Below, one piece after another: positions 1-11,060 of a stretch of DNA of 64,000 bases (positions are counted from its first letter, which is position 1; each line of letters opens with the position of its first letter). Source of the stretch: Camelus ferus (lineage: Eukaryota). The translations under genes and the position numbers were made by a program. Below the pieces are notes generated by a model that was not told the DNA's origin, searched no databases, and saw only the letters and a list, made by a program, of their open reading frames with translations. The stretch covers positions 50,656,001-50,720,000 of the forward strand of contig NC_045707.1 in the NCBI RefSeq assembly GCF_009834535.1. The letters are read 5' to 3'.

Positions 1-1031
1 AAATCTAATATAAGAAAAGATGTCTCATTCAGCATAGAATTAACTGGGGCATAAGTGTCAGTTGATTGACTATCAAAACTGGTTTTATCCTAGGTCATTC
101 ACAGTGTAGTATAACTAATTATCAGGAAAAATCTGCTCATTGCTGGACTTAAACCATCATTCTGAAGGGTAATGGTGGCATCCATGGTATTCTAGCCATG
201 AAATATATCATAAAATACAGCAGAAAAGGCTGGTGCTAGATTTTGGGAAGGGACAAGTGAGGATCTCAGGTGACTGTAGGATGAGGTTTTAAAGAAATAA
301 TTTTCCCCCACGGGAAAATGGGGAGGGGTGGTTAGAAGTTAATTTTATAGGTCCCATCAAAAAGAGTGGTATCTTAATAAGGCTTTTTCCAGGGAGTGGA
401 AAGAGCAACATGAAATTATTTTCCTCATAAGGAGAAGAACAGAGTAATCCAGGAGCCCAGAGCATCCTTGGCCTATACAGAGGAACCAGGGACTGATGGG
501 AGAAAAAGAAGATAGATGCCTTATTTTAACAAAACTCTGGCATTTTCAGGAGATTTGATCTGTTTTGTGGATAAGAACCGAGCCTTCATCAATTTCCACC
601 TGAACCACATAACAAGCTAAGGTAAGCAAGGAATCCTTCTTACAAGAGGATTCGCCTATTATTTTGTCTGAAATGTAAGTGAATCCAAGTAGCTATAATC
701 ATAAACCAACTCAATTTTAATTATTATTAGCATTTTCCCTTCAAAAACAAATACATCCATTTGCTGCCATAAGAAAAGCAAATTTTCAAAGAGCAAACTG
801 TCTTCTAAAATGAGCAAACCATTCAATCATTTGTTAAACAAATATTTATTAAATGCCTACCATGTACGAGGCATTATAACTTCAGTAAAAACTGCCCTTC
901 AGGATGCTGGGAACATGGTTTTCAGAATTAATGAAAAACTGGAGCATTTGCATCTTTTGGGGAAATTACAGAGTCCTCTGTGGCATGAGAAAATCTATTG
1001 GTCTACTTTTCAGAGCAATGCCTATATGCTA

Positions 1032-1455
1032 ATAGTGGTTGAATTGTGTTGCCAAAAAGATACCCAGCTCCTAACCTCTAGTACCCGTGAATGTGACTGT
1101 ATTTGGAAATAGAGTCTTTACAGGTGTAATTAAGTAAATGATATCATGATGAAGTCATCCTGGATGCAGAAAGAGAAAAGGACACAGAGATGCTAAGAAA
1201 AATAACATGTGAAGAGAGGTAGAGACTGGAAGTATGCTGCTACAAGCTAAGCAATGCTGAAGATTACTGGGAGTCACCACAAGCTAGGAGAGAGGTGTGG
1301 AATGTATTCTCCTTCAGAGCCCCCGGAAGGGACCAGCCCTGCTGACACTTTGATTTTAGACTTCTGGCCCCTCACATTGTGAGAGAATAAGTTTCTGTTT
1401 TTTAGCTACCTAATTTATGCTAGTTTATTATAGCAGCCCTCAAAAAAACTAAATT
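1032..1455 (+). mobile_element. MaLR solo LTR, MLT1C-like
   Basis: Starts tagtggttgaattgtgttgccaaaaagat; internal gaatgtgactgtatttggaaatagagtctttacaggtgtaattaag; ends gagagaataagtttctg...tttattatagcagccc, matching recalled MLT1 consensus blocks. Confidence 0.85.
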
Positions 1456-1544
1456 AATGCTCTTATCCACAGTATAACCCTACTCCTGGACTCCCCAAAG
1501 GTCCGTGAAGCCTCAGTTAAGAACATCTAAATTAGAAAATCTCC

Positions 1545-2062
1545 AAGGGACTGTGGCCATGAGGGGACTGGAGGAAGCTTGCAACAGTGTCCTTTGTGGT
1601 AAAGATCAACCAGGAACATTTAGCCTGCAGAGGGTAATGGGAGACTTAATGACTCTCCTCAAGTATTTGGAAAACTGTCCAATCTATGTGGCCTCATAGA
1701 TGAGTGGACATACAATTTTTCATCCAAAATAAGGCATTTCTGATAATTAAAGGGAGAAACTATTACTAATCATGCTGGGACAACAGATTTATGTTAAGCC
1801 AAGACTGTCTCGAGCCGAGTAGGACATGATGATCCCCCTGCACACAGAAGATAGCCAGGATCAAAGGATGGGAAGGAGAAAGAGAGAGACACAATTTGGT
1901 TTAAAACAAGGATGAATTTCTCAATAATCTGACCTCTTACTAGATTCGTCTTAGTAGAGACTAGGTAATCACTTGGCAAAGAATTTAAGAGGAGTAGCAT
2001 TTTGCTTTAAGATCTCTGAAGTGTCACTTCCTAGTCTGAGGTTGTAAGTTCTGTGATTCTGT
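1545..2062 (+). mobile_element. L3/CR1 LINE 3' fragment, interrupted by MER94
   Basis: ggaacatttagcctgcagagg...gagacttaatgactctcctcaagtatttggaaaactgtc resembles the CR1 RT C-terminus; ttctgtgattctgt tail at ~2050-2062. Confidence 0.55.
1700..1838. mobile_element. hAT-Blackjack MITE, MER94-like
   Basis: catacaatttttcatccaaaataaggcatttc...aagggagaaactattactaatcatgctgggacaacag...aagactgtctc...ggacatgatgatcccc follows the recalled MER94 layout. Confidence 0.6.
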
Positions 2063-2104
2063 TTCAAATTTGAATTTTACCATTTTTAGTACATATTCCA
2101 TATC

Positions 2105-2275
2105 AAGAGCTGATTTTGAATTCTGCCTCTGTCGTTTTTCAGTTATAAGTTCTTAGTAAATACATTTGACCACTTTGAGCTACAGTAGTACCTATTTCAA
2201 AGGATGGTTGTGAGGTTTAAATGACAACACGTGTAAAATTTAGCACACTGTGACATACAACAGATAATAAATAAA
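2105..2275 (+). mobile_element. MIR SINE
   Basis: tagtacctatttcaaaggatggttgtgaggtttaaatgacaacacgtgtaaaatttagcac matches the MIR 3' half. Confidence 0.7.
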
Positions 2276-4967
2276 CATTCCTTTCATCTTAGTAAACTAT
2301 AAATATAAAACTACTATAAAATATATATTTTAACAATGTTTGTACAATTAACACATTTGTTATTTGGTTAATTGAGTTGATTAATGACAACCCTTGAATT
2401 CTTGAGAAATCAGCATTGCTTAGTATTTATTAGAGCTGTGGGATGAGGAGATGATGTTTTTCACATGTGCTTGAGAGGAGGGAAGTGGGGAGGGAGGTAG
2501 GGAGGGAAAAAAGGAAAGAAGGAAGGAAAGAACAAATGAATGAACAGAGGAAGAAAGAAGAGAGGGAGGGAGAAAGGGTGGGAGAAAAGGAGAAAAAGAA
2601 AGAAAAGAAATAAAAACTTCACAGCGATCCTTTTGTCACTGAGAACTGCTCCATGAGCAGCAAAGTGAAATAATTTGATTCTGAACAAAGTATATAACTA
2701 CTGTCCTTCAAATCCTCTGTGACAATTTCTGTAATGTTCTGAATCGATGAGTACATGAACACCTCGGATACCGTGCAGTGATTTGTCCTCGGCTGAAATA
2801 GACATAAATGCCTTGGGTACAGCTCATTCTGGTTATCTGGAATATGTTTTTAGCAACTTAAATTTCTATCAGGCAACCTTCAGTCAGTCTACTGCCTTTA
2901 AAGGCTCTAATCAAGACAATAGTTAGGGGGCACAGATGATAACATTTGTCCTACTTTTCAGGATCCTCGTGAGGATCAAATGGGATAATGAGTGAAAAAG
3001 CTTTAAAACCTTAATTGCTACAGAGTGGAACATTCTATTAATAATAATGAGAGTCAACAGTGACAACAGTCCTGCTGGAAAAAGTCAGGTCTCCTTGGCA
3101 GCAGGGACAAGAGGTGCACACTTCTGACCCAGGGGCAGAAGGAGACTCCAACTCCACTCTGAAAATGTAGGGCATCTGGAGAACACATGGAAAAACCTTG
3201 AAGAAGACTCCAAACTGGAAAACCAAAAGCTCTGGGACTGCCAGTTTGAAAGAGGCAAAGGTGTCAGGGGTCTGAAGTACATAAAATATAACCCCTCCCC
3301 ACAACAGACTGATTTTAAGCAACAGCAGGCCAAACACTTATAACCTGCACCAGACCTGCACAGGCTGCAGACAAAATGATACTAAGCATCACACAGAAGA
3401 CCACAAGTGTGCAGGGTGCCTGGCACTTTTCCAGCTCAGCTCACTGGGACTGACCTCCTCCCCCAGCTCCTTCCCATGGACCACGTCCTAAATGACAGGG
3501 TAACATACTGAAAGGTTAAATTGTGCATGTTCTGCCTCCATACTCCCTTCCCCTTCATTTCTAACATCCAGCCAGCTTTGTAAGTTTGGCCCCAAGGATT
3601 TGGTTAGAGCCAAAGCAGAAGCAGCCAAATGTTAAGAGCTCTTTCTGCTTTTATTTCAAACACAATTTCTAGAAAGATTATGCCAGGAAGGGAGAAGAAA
3701 GGGAAGAGGGCATTGAGGAAGCTCAAGAACTCTTGAATTGACTGGGGAGGGGAGAGAGGGCTGAGAGGCCAGCAAGAAATAAGCCTGCCCTGCAACCTCG
3801 CAGCAGCCTAAATGGGAAAGATTTCAAAGGGACTGTGGTGCCTTTAAGCATTTAGAGAGACATGATCCCACGCACCGAGTCCTTAGTCTTTCCATAGACA
3901 ATGATGCATGCATCCAAGCAGCAGAGTTGCCCAACCTTAGGGGACAATGAACTTATAATATGAATGTCCTTGTGTAAGTATAATAAACCAAATATCCAAT
4001 AACCAGAGGATTCCCCACAGCATTGAGCTATGTAAGATCTAAGGATCTTATCCAGCAAAGAATGGAGAGCCTCAAAAATGACTGAGATGTAATATTTACC
4101 ATTCTGAGAGGTTGAGGTTTAGAGTTTGAATTCAGTTGGTTTAAACAAAAATTTTATGTGTGATAATTTTTGCACATCTCAGTGTGTGGACTGAGAGCTG
4201 TATCTCGTTACACTGACCTCTTACTTCTGAAATCATGACCCTGCTGGGGTATTTCACTCAATTTTAGAGTTCCCTGAATTGTAATCCACTTAACCTTTCC
4301 CTTACTCCAAATCAGAACATGGATGTCTTGGTGGGCAGATTCCAGCACTGAGATAGCTGTTCAACGGACTTTACAGTGAGCCAGGAATAAATGAACATGA
4401 GGTTGAGCTCTCTACAATACCTGAATCCCTACTTACACATAGATTTTTATGAGGAATATTTACTGGTTTTCAGGATGCATCTCAGACATCCTTTCCCAGA
4501 TATCCTCAGTTTCCTAATGCCTAGTTAGTTCCCTGTTTCTTCTTCCATTAGAATTTGTGCCAATTCCCATCATGACATTAACCATTATATGTAATTGCTT
4601 CTCTGTCTCCCCACAGGGTTGTGTGTTTCCTGGGGGCAGACACTGGGTCTAAACACTAAAACCTCCAAATAGTGTCTTGACATAATAAAATTTTATGTTG
4701 TAAATGAATGTAACATTGTGAATGGTACCTCTTGCCTAAAGAATCAACTGGACACTTCATAGATTAAAGTTATGAGGAAGGAAAAAAAGACACTTAACCA
4801 AGTGGATCTAGACAGGAAATCTTGTTATTAGTAGCATCTCGATTTAGGGGAATGGTACTTATCTTTTTGTCTAACTAAAAAGCCGAAGTTAGACTTGAGA
4901 AACAAACATTCATCAAGGTTAGTTCTTAAAGACATACTAATCTCAGTAAATGTTCAAAGAAGCAGAG

Positions 4968-5187
4968 TTGGGAGTTTGGGATTTGCAGATATTAACCATA
5001 TAAATAAAATAAACAACAAGGTCCTACTGTATAGCACAGGGAACTATATTTCATGCCTTGTATCAGCCTATAATGAAAAAGAATGTGAAAATTAATGTGT
5101 GTGTGTGTGCGTGTGTTTGAATCACTATGCTGTACACCAGAAATTACCACAACATTGTAAATCAACAATACTTCAATAAAAAAAAAA
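4968..5187 (+). mobile_element. 5'-truncated cetartiodactyl-type L1 3' UTR with poly(A)
   Basis: aacaacaaggtcctactgtatagcacagggaactatatt...tgtacaccagaaattaccacaacattgtaaatcaacaatacttcaataaaaaaaaaa; similar to 50930-51150. Confidence 0.9.
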
Positions 5188-6406
5188 GGAGAGGAAGACG
5201 AAATAGGAGGAATAGGAAGGGGACGAAAAATATGCATAATATTATTCCCAAATTTTGAATTTCAAGTTTTTCCTGAAACTGAAAAATTTTCTGGTGTGAT
5301 TTAAATTCTTCAATGAAATTTAATAGAATGAAAGCATTCGGAGTCTGGGAATTAAGTAAATCAGAATTGCATGATTTTCTAGATAACAACACATTTTTCC
5401 AATGCTTATTTTTATTGACTGTTTAGTTCTTATGCAATATTATGGGTATTTTTAAGCTTTTTAAATTGACAGTCACATGTTACATGGATAATTTTTCTTC
5501 CTTTCAACACTAGTGAACTATAAAAGGAAATCTCAGGCTCTTCAGCAACTGATTCTCACACCACATTTGTTGCTATTGTTAAAGTTGTTCATTTTCACAG
5601 ATTATATTAAAAAAAAAAATGTGATCCAGGATGGAACCTGGCTTGTAAAGTCACAACTTACAAGTGAATTTTAAACAAAGTCTAGAAGAATCTATTCATC
5701 CCTTTCTAACATGCAATTCTATGAATCAAATATAGATGTGATAATTTTAGATACCTTTTGCAATTGCATCACCAACAAATGGTTTAAAAATATAGTTGCA
5801 ATTTTAAAAGCACACGTGCTTCCATAATATTTTAACACTCCTTGCCTTGTGAGGTAGAGAAACAAAAAAAGCAGTCCTTTTTTTTTTCCTGAAAAATATG
5901 ACGTCCATCTAAATCTTCGTTCTTGAACCTCAAGTTTTTGCCTAAGCCAATGGTCTTCCATCTTTTTTATAGCAATCAAAACCCCTTTTCAAATTACATT
6001 TTCTGCAGAACAGTAACCCACACAAAACAGATGGAAGCAGATCTGCCCTGACTGAGGCAGAGGATTTGAAGCCCTGCAGGTGGGACTGCATCTGCTATCA
6101 ATTCTATCAACTCTAGTTCCCAAACATCTCTCTCCTATGTGCTTTTACCTCCATTGTCACTGTTACTTCTCTAATGCAGGCCCATGATTGCTCTCATATT
6201 TTGGGGACCAAGGTGTAATTCCTCTCCGTCTTTCAATTTCAAACATCTCAATTTCCCTCCTTGCAATGTGCCATCACCCCACAAACCTTTCCCAATTTGT
6301 CTCAGTTTGAAGCAATCTCTCTCTTCTCTGAATGTCATTACCATTTCATCCATGCCTCACTTGTGACTCCTGCAACTTTTTACTTCCATTTATAAGTGTG
6401 TGTGTA

Positions 6407-6535
6407 TTTTTTTTTGTTGGGGAGAAGTAATTAGGGTTGATTGATTGATTGATTTATATGGATGTACTGGGAATTGAACCCAGGATCTCGTGCATGCTAA
6501 GCATGCGCTCTACCACTGAGCTAGATCCTGTCCCC
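6407..6535 (-). mobile_element. tRNA-Ala-derived SINE, camelid Vic-1 type
   Basis: Minus strand reads ggggacaggatctagctcagtggtagagcgcatgcttagcatgcacgagatcctgggttcaattcccagtac, with A and B boxes, followed by ctaattacttctcccc and an A tail. Confidence 0.85.
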
Positions 6536-7559
6536 TGTTTGCTTATCTTATTTCCTCTATTAGTTTATCAGTTCTTTGAGGGCAAGATTCATGACTCATC
6601 TTGGTTTTCTGATAACATCTTGCATTTTGGAGGTTTTTTATGAATGCTTATCAAATGGATGAACAAAGATTCAAGTTGCTTTCAAGATATTCATTGCTTC
6701 AGCCTTCACCATCTGAGCAGAACTATGATATACTATTCACTATCTTCTCCATTCCAAACCGGAACGTCTACTTAATTTGTCCCAAACATAAGCCACCTCC
6801 TATAATCCTTTTCATAAATGACGTACATACAGAGCTTTCCCCTTACTTTCTGCTTCTCCTATATGCCCTCCAGGTTTTCAAAACTCAACTCAAAATTAAG
6901 TTTCTCCTTACCAATAGCCTAATTAGTTAGCCCCACTGAGCCACTTTGTTATTCCATGTCATTTAACCAATCCCTATTCCCTGGTATCATCAACATTTAA
7001 TGATGCAAATAACAAAGAGCAGGTAAAATGAATTCATATACCACATCTATACCATGCATTTCTTCCAGACTTTTCGTATAGCTCATAGTTTTTGAGTATT
7101 TACTACATACCTGACCCGTTCTAACAGTTTTCCTGTAATTATCCATTAATTTTTGCTAAGGTCTCCATAAGACAGGCAACATCCTCCTTTTACAAATTAG
7201 GAAGCTGTGGCCAGAGGGACAGATAGGTAGCAGAACTGGATTTCAACTACAGGCAGTGGGGTGTTAGCTTCTACTCTTGTAGCTACTACATGTTTCTGCT
7301 TCTCAGAGCTTTGAACACGCGGAGCCTAAGGTTAATCATATGATGTAATAAAAAGCCTTCAGAGCTAAGCAAACCAGAGTTCAAAGTCTACATCTGCTGC
7401 TTGATAGCTCTGACACCTGAAACAAGATGTGTAATGGAAGCCTCAGTTTTCTTATCTCGAATAGTGGAGAAATTTTAGTGTTAGGAGAATTGAACAGAAG
7501 ATTTAACATCGAGTCTGTGTTCAATACACAAAGTAAAGCCTTTCAACTAATGGAGAATG

Positions 7560-7790
7560 AGGAGGATAAGAGTTGAGAGCCTGGGCTCTGGAGTCAGTTT
7601 GTCTGCTTCTGAATCCTAGATCTACAAAATACTAACTTTGTGAATATAAACACAATTCCTAACCTTATTGAACTTCAATTTCTTCAGCTGTCAAATAAGA
7701 ATAGCAATAGCACCTACATCAGAAGGAATTTGTGAATATGGGAGTTGAAACCACAAACAGGGTCTAATGCACAAGTTGCTATTATTAACT
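7560..7790 (+). mobile_element. MIR SINE
   Basis: gttgagagcctgggctctggagtcagtttgtctgcttctgaatcctag...cttcaatttcttcagctgtcaaataagaatagcaatagcacctac. Confidence 0.75.
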
Positions 7791-7882
7791 AACTAGACAT
7801 TACCACCTTAGCTCAAGCAGCTCCTGAGTGGCCTTTATGCATTTCGGAATGTTACTATCCTGTACAACATGGCCAATATCTT

Positions 7883-8270
7883 TGTGGTAAACAGAATTCT
7901 AGGTGGCCTCTGTGACCTTAGCTTCCCAGTGTTACACCTCTGATCATTTCCTTATATGGCAAAAGGGAATCGCAGATGTAATCATGAAAACCAATCAGTT
8001 GACTGTAACATGGATTTTCCTAGTGGGCCTAACCTAATTACATGAGCCCTTTTAAAGCAGAGCTTTTTCTCACACTGGTGGCAGATTAAGAAATCAGAGA
8101 CAGGTGGAGCTTGGGAAGGATTCAATCTTCTGTTGCTGCCCTTGAAGTTGGAGAGGGCCATGTGAGAAGGAAAAGCTTCTAGGAGCAGGGAGTAAACCCC
8201 AGATGACAGCCAGCAAGAAAATGGGACTTCAGTCCTAAAGCTGCAAGGAAGTGAATTCTGCCAACATCTT
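7883..8270 (+). mobile_element. MaLR LTR (MLT1D/E-like), 5' part
   Basis: tgtggtaaacagaattct start; cttatatggcaaaagggaatcgcagatgtaatc; cagccagcaagaaaatgggacttcagtcct...gaattctgccaac; broken by an L1 insertion. Confidence 0.85.
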
Positions 8271-8497
8271 TTTTCTATCATTTCATTAATTTATTTACTT
8301 TATTAAGGTATAATTGACATATAACATATTAGTTTCAGGTGTATAACACAATGATTTGATATTTGTATATACTGTGAAATGATCACCAAAATAAGCCTAG
8401 TTAACATCCATCACCATACATAGCTAGAAATTTCTTGTCATGAGAACTTATAATATCTACTCTCTTAGCAACTTTCAAATATGCAATAATGTATTAT
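8271..8497 (-). mobile_element. Older L1 3' UTR end (L1MA9-like)
   Basis: taattgacatataacatattagtttcaggtgtataacacaatgatttgatatttgtatatactgtgaaatgatcacc...tactctcttagcaactttcaaatatgcaat. Confidence 0.8.
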
Positions 8498-8499
8498 TT

Positions 8500-9424
8500 T
8501 TTCTTTTCTCCTATCTTTCTTTAATGTTTTATATGTACTTTATATTTTTTTTAATTGAAGTATAATCACTTTACAATGTTGTGTCAATTTCTGGTGTACA
8601 GTATAATACTTCAGTCACATAGGAACGTACATATATTCATTTTCATATTCTTTTTCACCATAAGTTACAAGATATTGAATATGCTTCCTTGTGCGATACA
8701 GTATAAGCTTGTTGTTTAGCTATTATATATATATATTAGTATCTGCAAATCTCAAACTCCCAACTTATCCCTTCCCACCCTCTTCTCCCACCATTAACCA
8801 AATGTTTGTTTCCTATGTCTGTGAGGCTGTTTCTGTTTTGTAAATAAGTTCATCTTTTTTTTTTTAGATTCCACATATAAGTGATATCATATGGTATTTT
8901 TCTTTCTCTTTCTGGATTTCTTCACTTAGAATGACAATCTCCAGGTTCATCCATGTTGCTGCAAATCGCATTATTTTATTATTTTTTATGGCTGAATAGT
9001 ATTTCATTGTATAAATATACCACAGCTTCTTTATCCAGTCATCTGTCGATGGACATGTAGATTGTTTCCATGTCTTGGCTATTGTAAATAGTGCTGCTAT
9101 GAACATTGGGGTGCATGTATCTTTTTGAATTAAGGTTCCCTCTGGATATATACCCAGAAGTGGGATTGCTGGATCATATGGTAAGTCTGTTTTAAGTTTG
9201 TTTTTTTTTTTTTTTTTGAGGAATCTCCATATTGATTTCCATAACAGCTGCACCAAACTACATTCCAACCAACAGTGTAGGAGGGTTCCCTTTTTCCACA
9301 CCCTCTCCAGCATTTATTGTTTGTGGACTTTTGAATGATGGGCATTATGCCTGGTGTGAGGTGATACCGCAATGTAGTTTTGATTTGCATTTATCTGATA
9401 ATTAGCGATATTGAGCATTTCTTT
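8500..9424 (-). mobile_element. Young 5'-truncated L1 (ORF2 C-terminus and 3' UTR)
   Basis: ORFs 9130-9390 (MQIKTTLRYHLTP) and 8864-9313 (GTLLHCW...[14 protein letters not shown]...CTPMFIAALFTIAKTW) are L1 ORF2p C-terminal motifs, frameshifted relative to each other. Confidence 0.97.
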
Positions 9425-9640
9425 CAACATCTTAAATGAGCCTGGAGGCATATTCTTTCCTAGAGCCTTAGATAAGCACCCCCCTGGCCAACTTCTTGAC
9501 ATCAGTCTTGTGTGACCCTGAGCAGAAAACCCAGTCACTCTGTACTGACCATCTGCTCTGCAAAACTGAGATAAAAAGTGGATATTGTTTTAAGCTACAA
9601 AATTATGGCTAATCGTTATGCAGCAGTAGAAAAATAATGC
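9425..9640 (+). mobile_element. MaLR LTR (MLT1D/E-like), 3' part
   Basis: Resumes caacatcttaaatgagcctggaggcatattc...tgtgtgaccctgagcagaaaacccag...gttatgcagcagtagaaaataatgca. Confidence 0.85.
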
Positions 9641-10434
9641 AATCATCTTTACAGATGATTGATTCATCATTTCAATGAATTCTATTTTAACCTGCTGTAC
9701 AGGACCTTCCAAGGTATTACACTAACCTAACCTTTCTAACTGTACCTCATTCTCACTAGCTGCTGAGAAGTGAAAATCACTCCCATCAAAGGAGACAATT
9801 AACTAATCTTCCATCGTGGCTTTAATTTTCCAAACTATTACTCTTAGTAACTGCCCTCACATCTGGAGGGCTAAGGCACACCTCCTCTTTTAATTCCTTT
9901 GTGACTTCCATTTAGCATGTCTCATTGGATCTTAAACCCACCCCCATCCCACCCCCCAATAGAGAGGGGATGGCATAGTCCATGGCTTACACCAACATTT
10001 TCCATTTCTGTTCCTTTCATAATGAATTTCCTAACTCCTGATGATGAAAAGGCTTGGTGATGAAGTTACTGGTGATCGCAATGATAAGAATGCTCTAACA
10101 ACAGCCATAACAGTAATAACACAATAACCTTTTGTTAAATACTTAGAAAATTCAGCTCTGTGTTAAATACATTGCATTCTCTTTCACTCCTTTCCATCAG
10201 CCCTATGAGTTAGCTCTAAATAATCTCAGTTTGTAGAGGCAGAAGTTTGAATTCAGGTGGTTTAAATAACCTAAGATTACATAGGTAACAAAGGATGCAC
10301 ACCTAAATCTATTTGACTCAAAAGTCCCTACTTTTACCAAATTTTAGTGTTGGTTTGGTTTGAGCACTAGAGGACATCAGAGGTCTTAGGAATGATTATG
10401 AACTCTACAGTGCCTTGCAGAATAACACTGTTTT

Positions 10435-10760
10435 TAGTTGAATTTAATCAACATTTATTTGAAAATTACTTGTGGCAGCCACTGCGCAAGGCACCAGGAA
10501 TCCAAACATGAATAAGCTGTAGTTTCTTTAGATGTTCACAATCAAGGTCGTATGGCTTGAGAGAAGGAACCCTCCACTTGGGACTTCAAGGATGCATTAG
10601 ACTGTCAAAGGGGAGGGGTGTTCCAGGCAGAGGAGTATGTGGTAAAAGGGAGGAAAACAATGAATAGCTGGGTGAAGAGACACAAGCCAAGGCAGAGGCA
10701 AGAGTCTGGAGAGGCACACAGTGGTCAAACTTAGAGGGCAGAGGGCACCAGACTCAGATT
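10435..10760 (-). mobile_element. L2 LINE 3' fragment
   Basis: tcaacatttattgaaaattacttgtggcagccactgcgcaaggcacc...gtgttccaggcagagg. Confidence 0.6.
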
Positions 10761-10829
10761 ACACTCAGTGCAGGGGCAGTTGGGCATCTTTGTCGATTAG
10801 ATTTGAACAAGGTTAGTCCTATTAATAAG

Positions 10830-11060
10830 AATAGATACTCACTGCATTCTTACTATGTTCCTGGCATTGTAATAAGTGCATTTCTAATTTTCATAATTAC
10901 CCTATGAGGCTATATTTTGAAGCTCATTTTATGAATGAGGAAAATGAAGTTCTGGGAGAAATTATGTATTTAACTTGCCCAAGTTGAGAGCTATTAAGTG
11001 GTTGATTCAAAATTCAAACCGAGAATTACCTGGAACCAAAGCCTATATTCTTAACCACTA
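10830..11060 (-). mobile_element. MIR SINE
   Basis: ctcattttatgaatgaggaaaatgaagtt...taacttgcccaagttgagagctattaagtgg...tcttaaccacta. Confidence 0.75.

Noticed and set aside
8864..9313. Longest ORF (149 aa) as a host gene
   Set aside because: It is the C-terminus of a truncated L1 ORF2.
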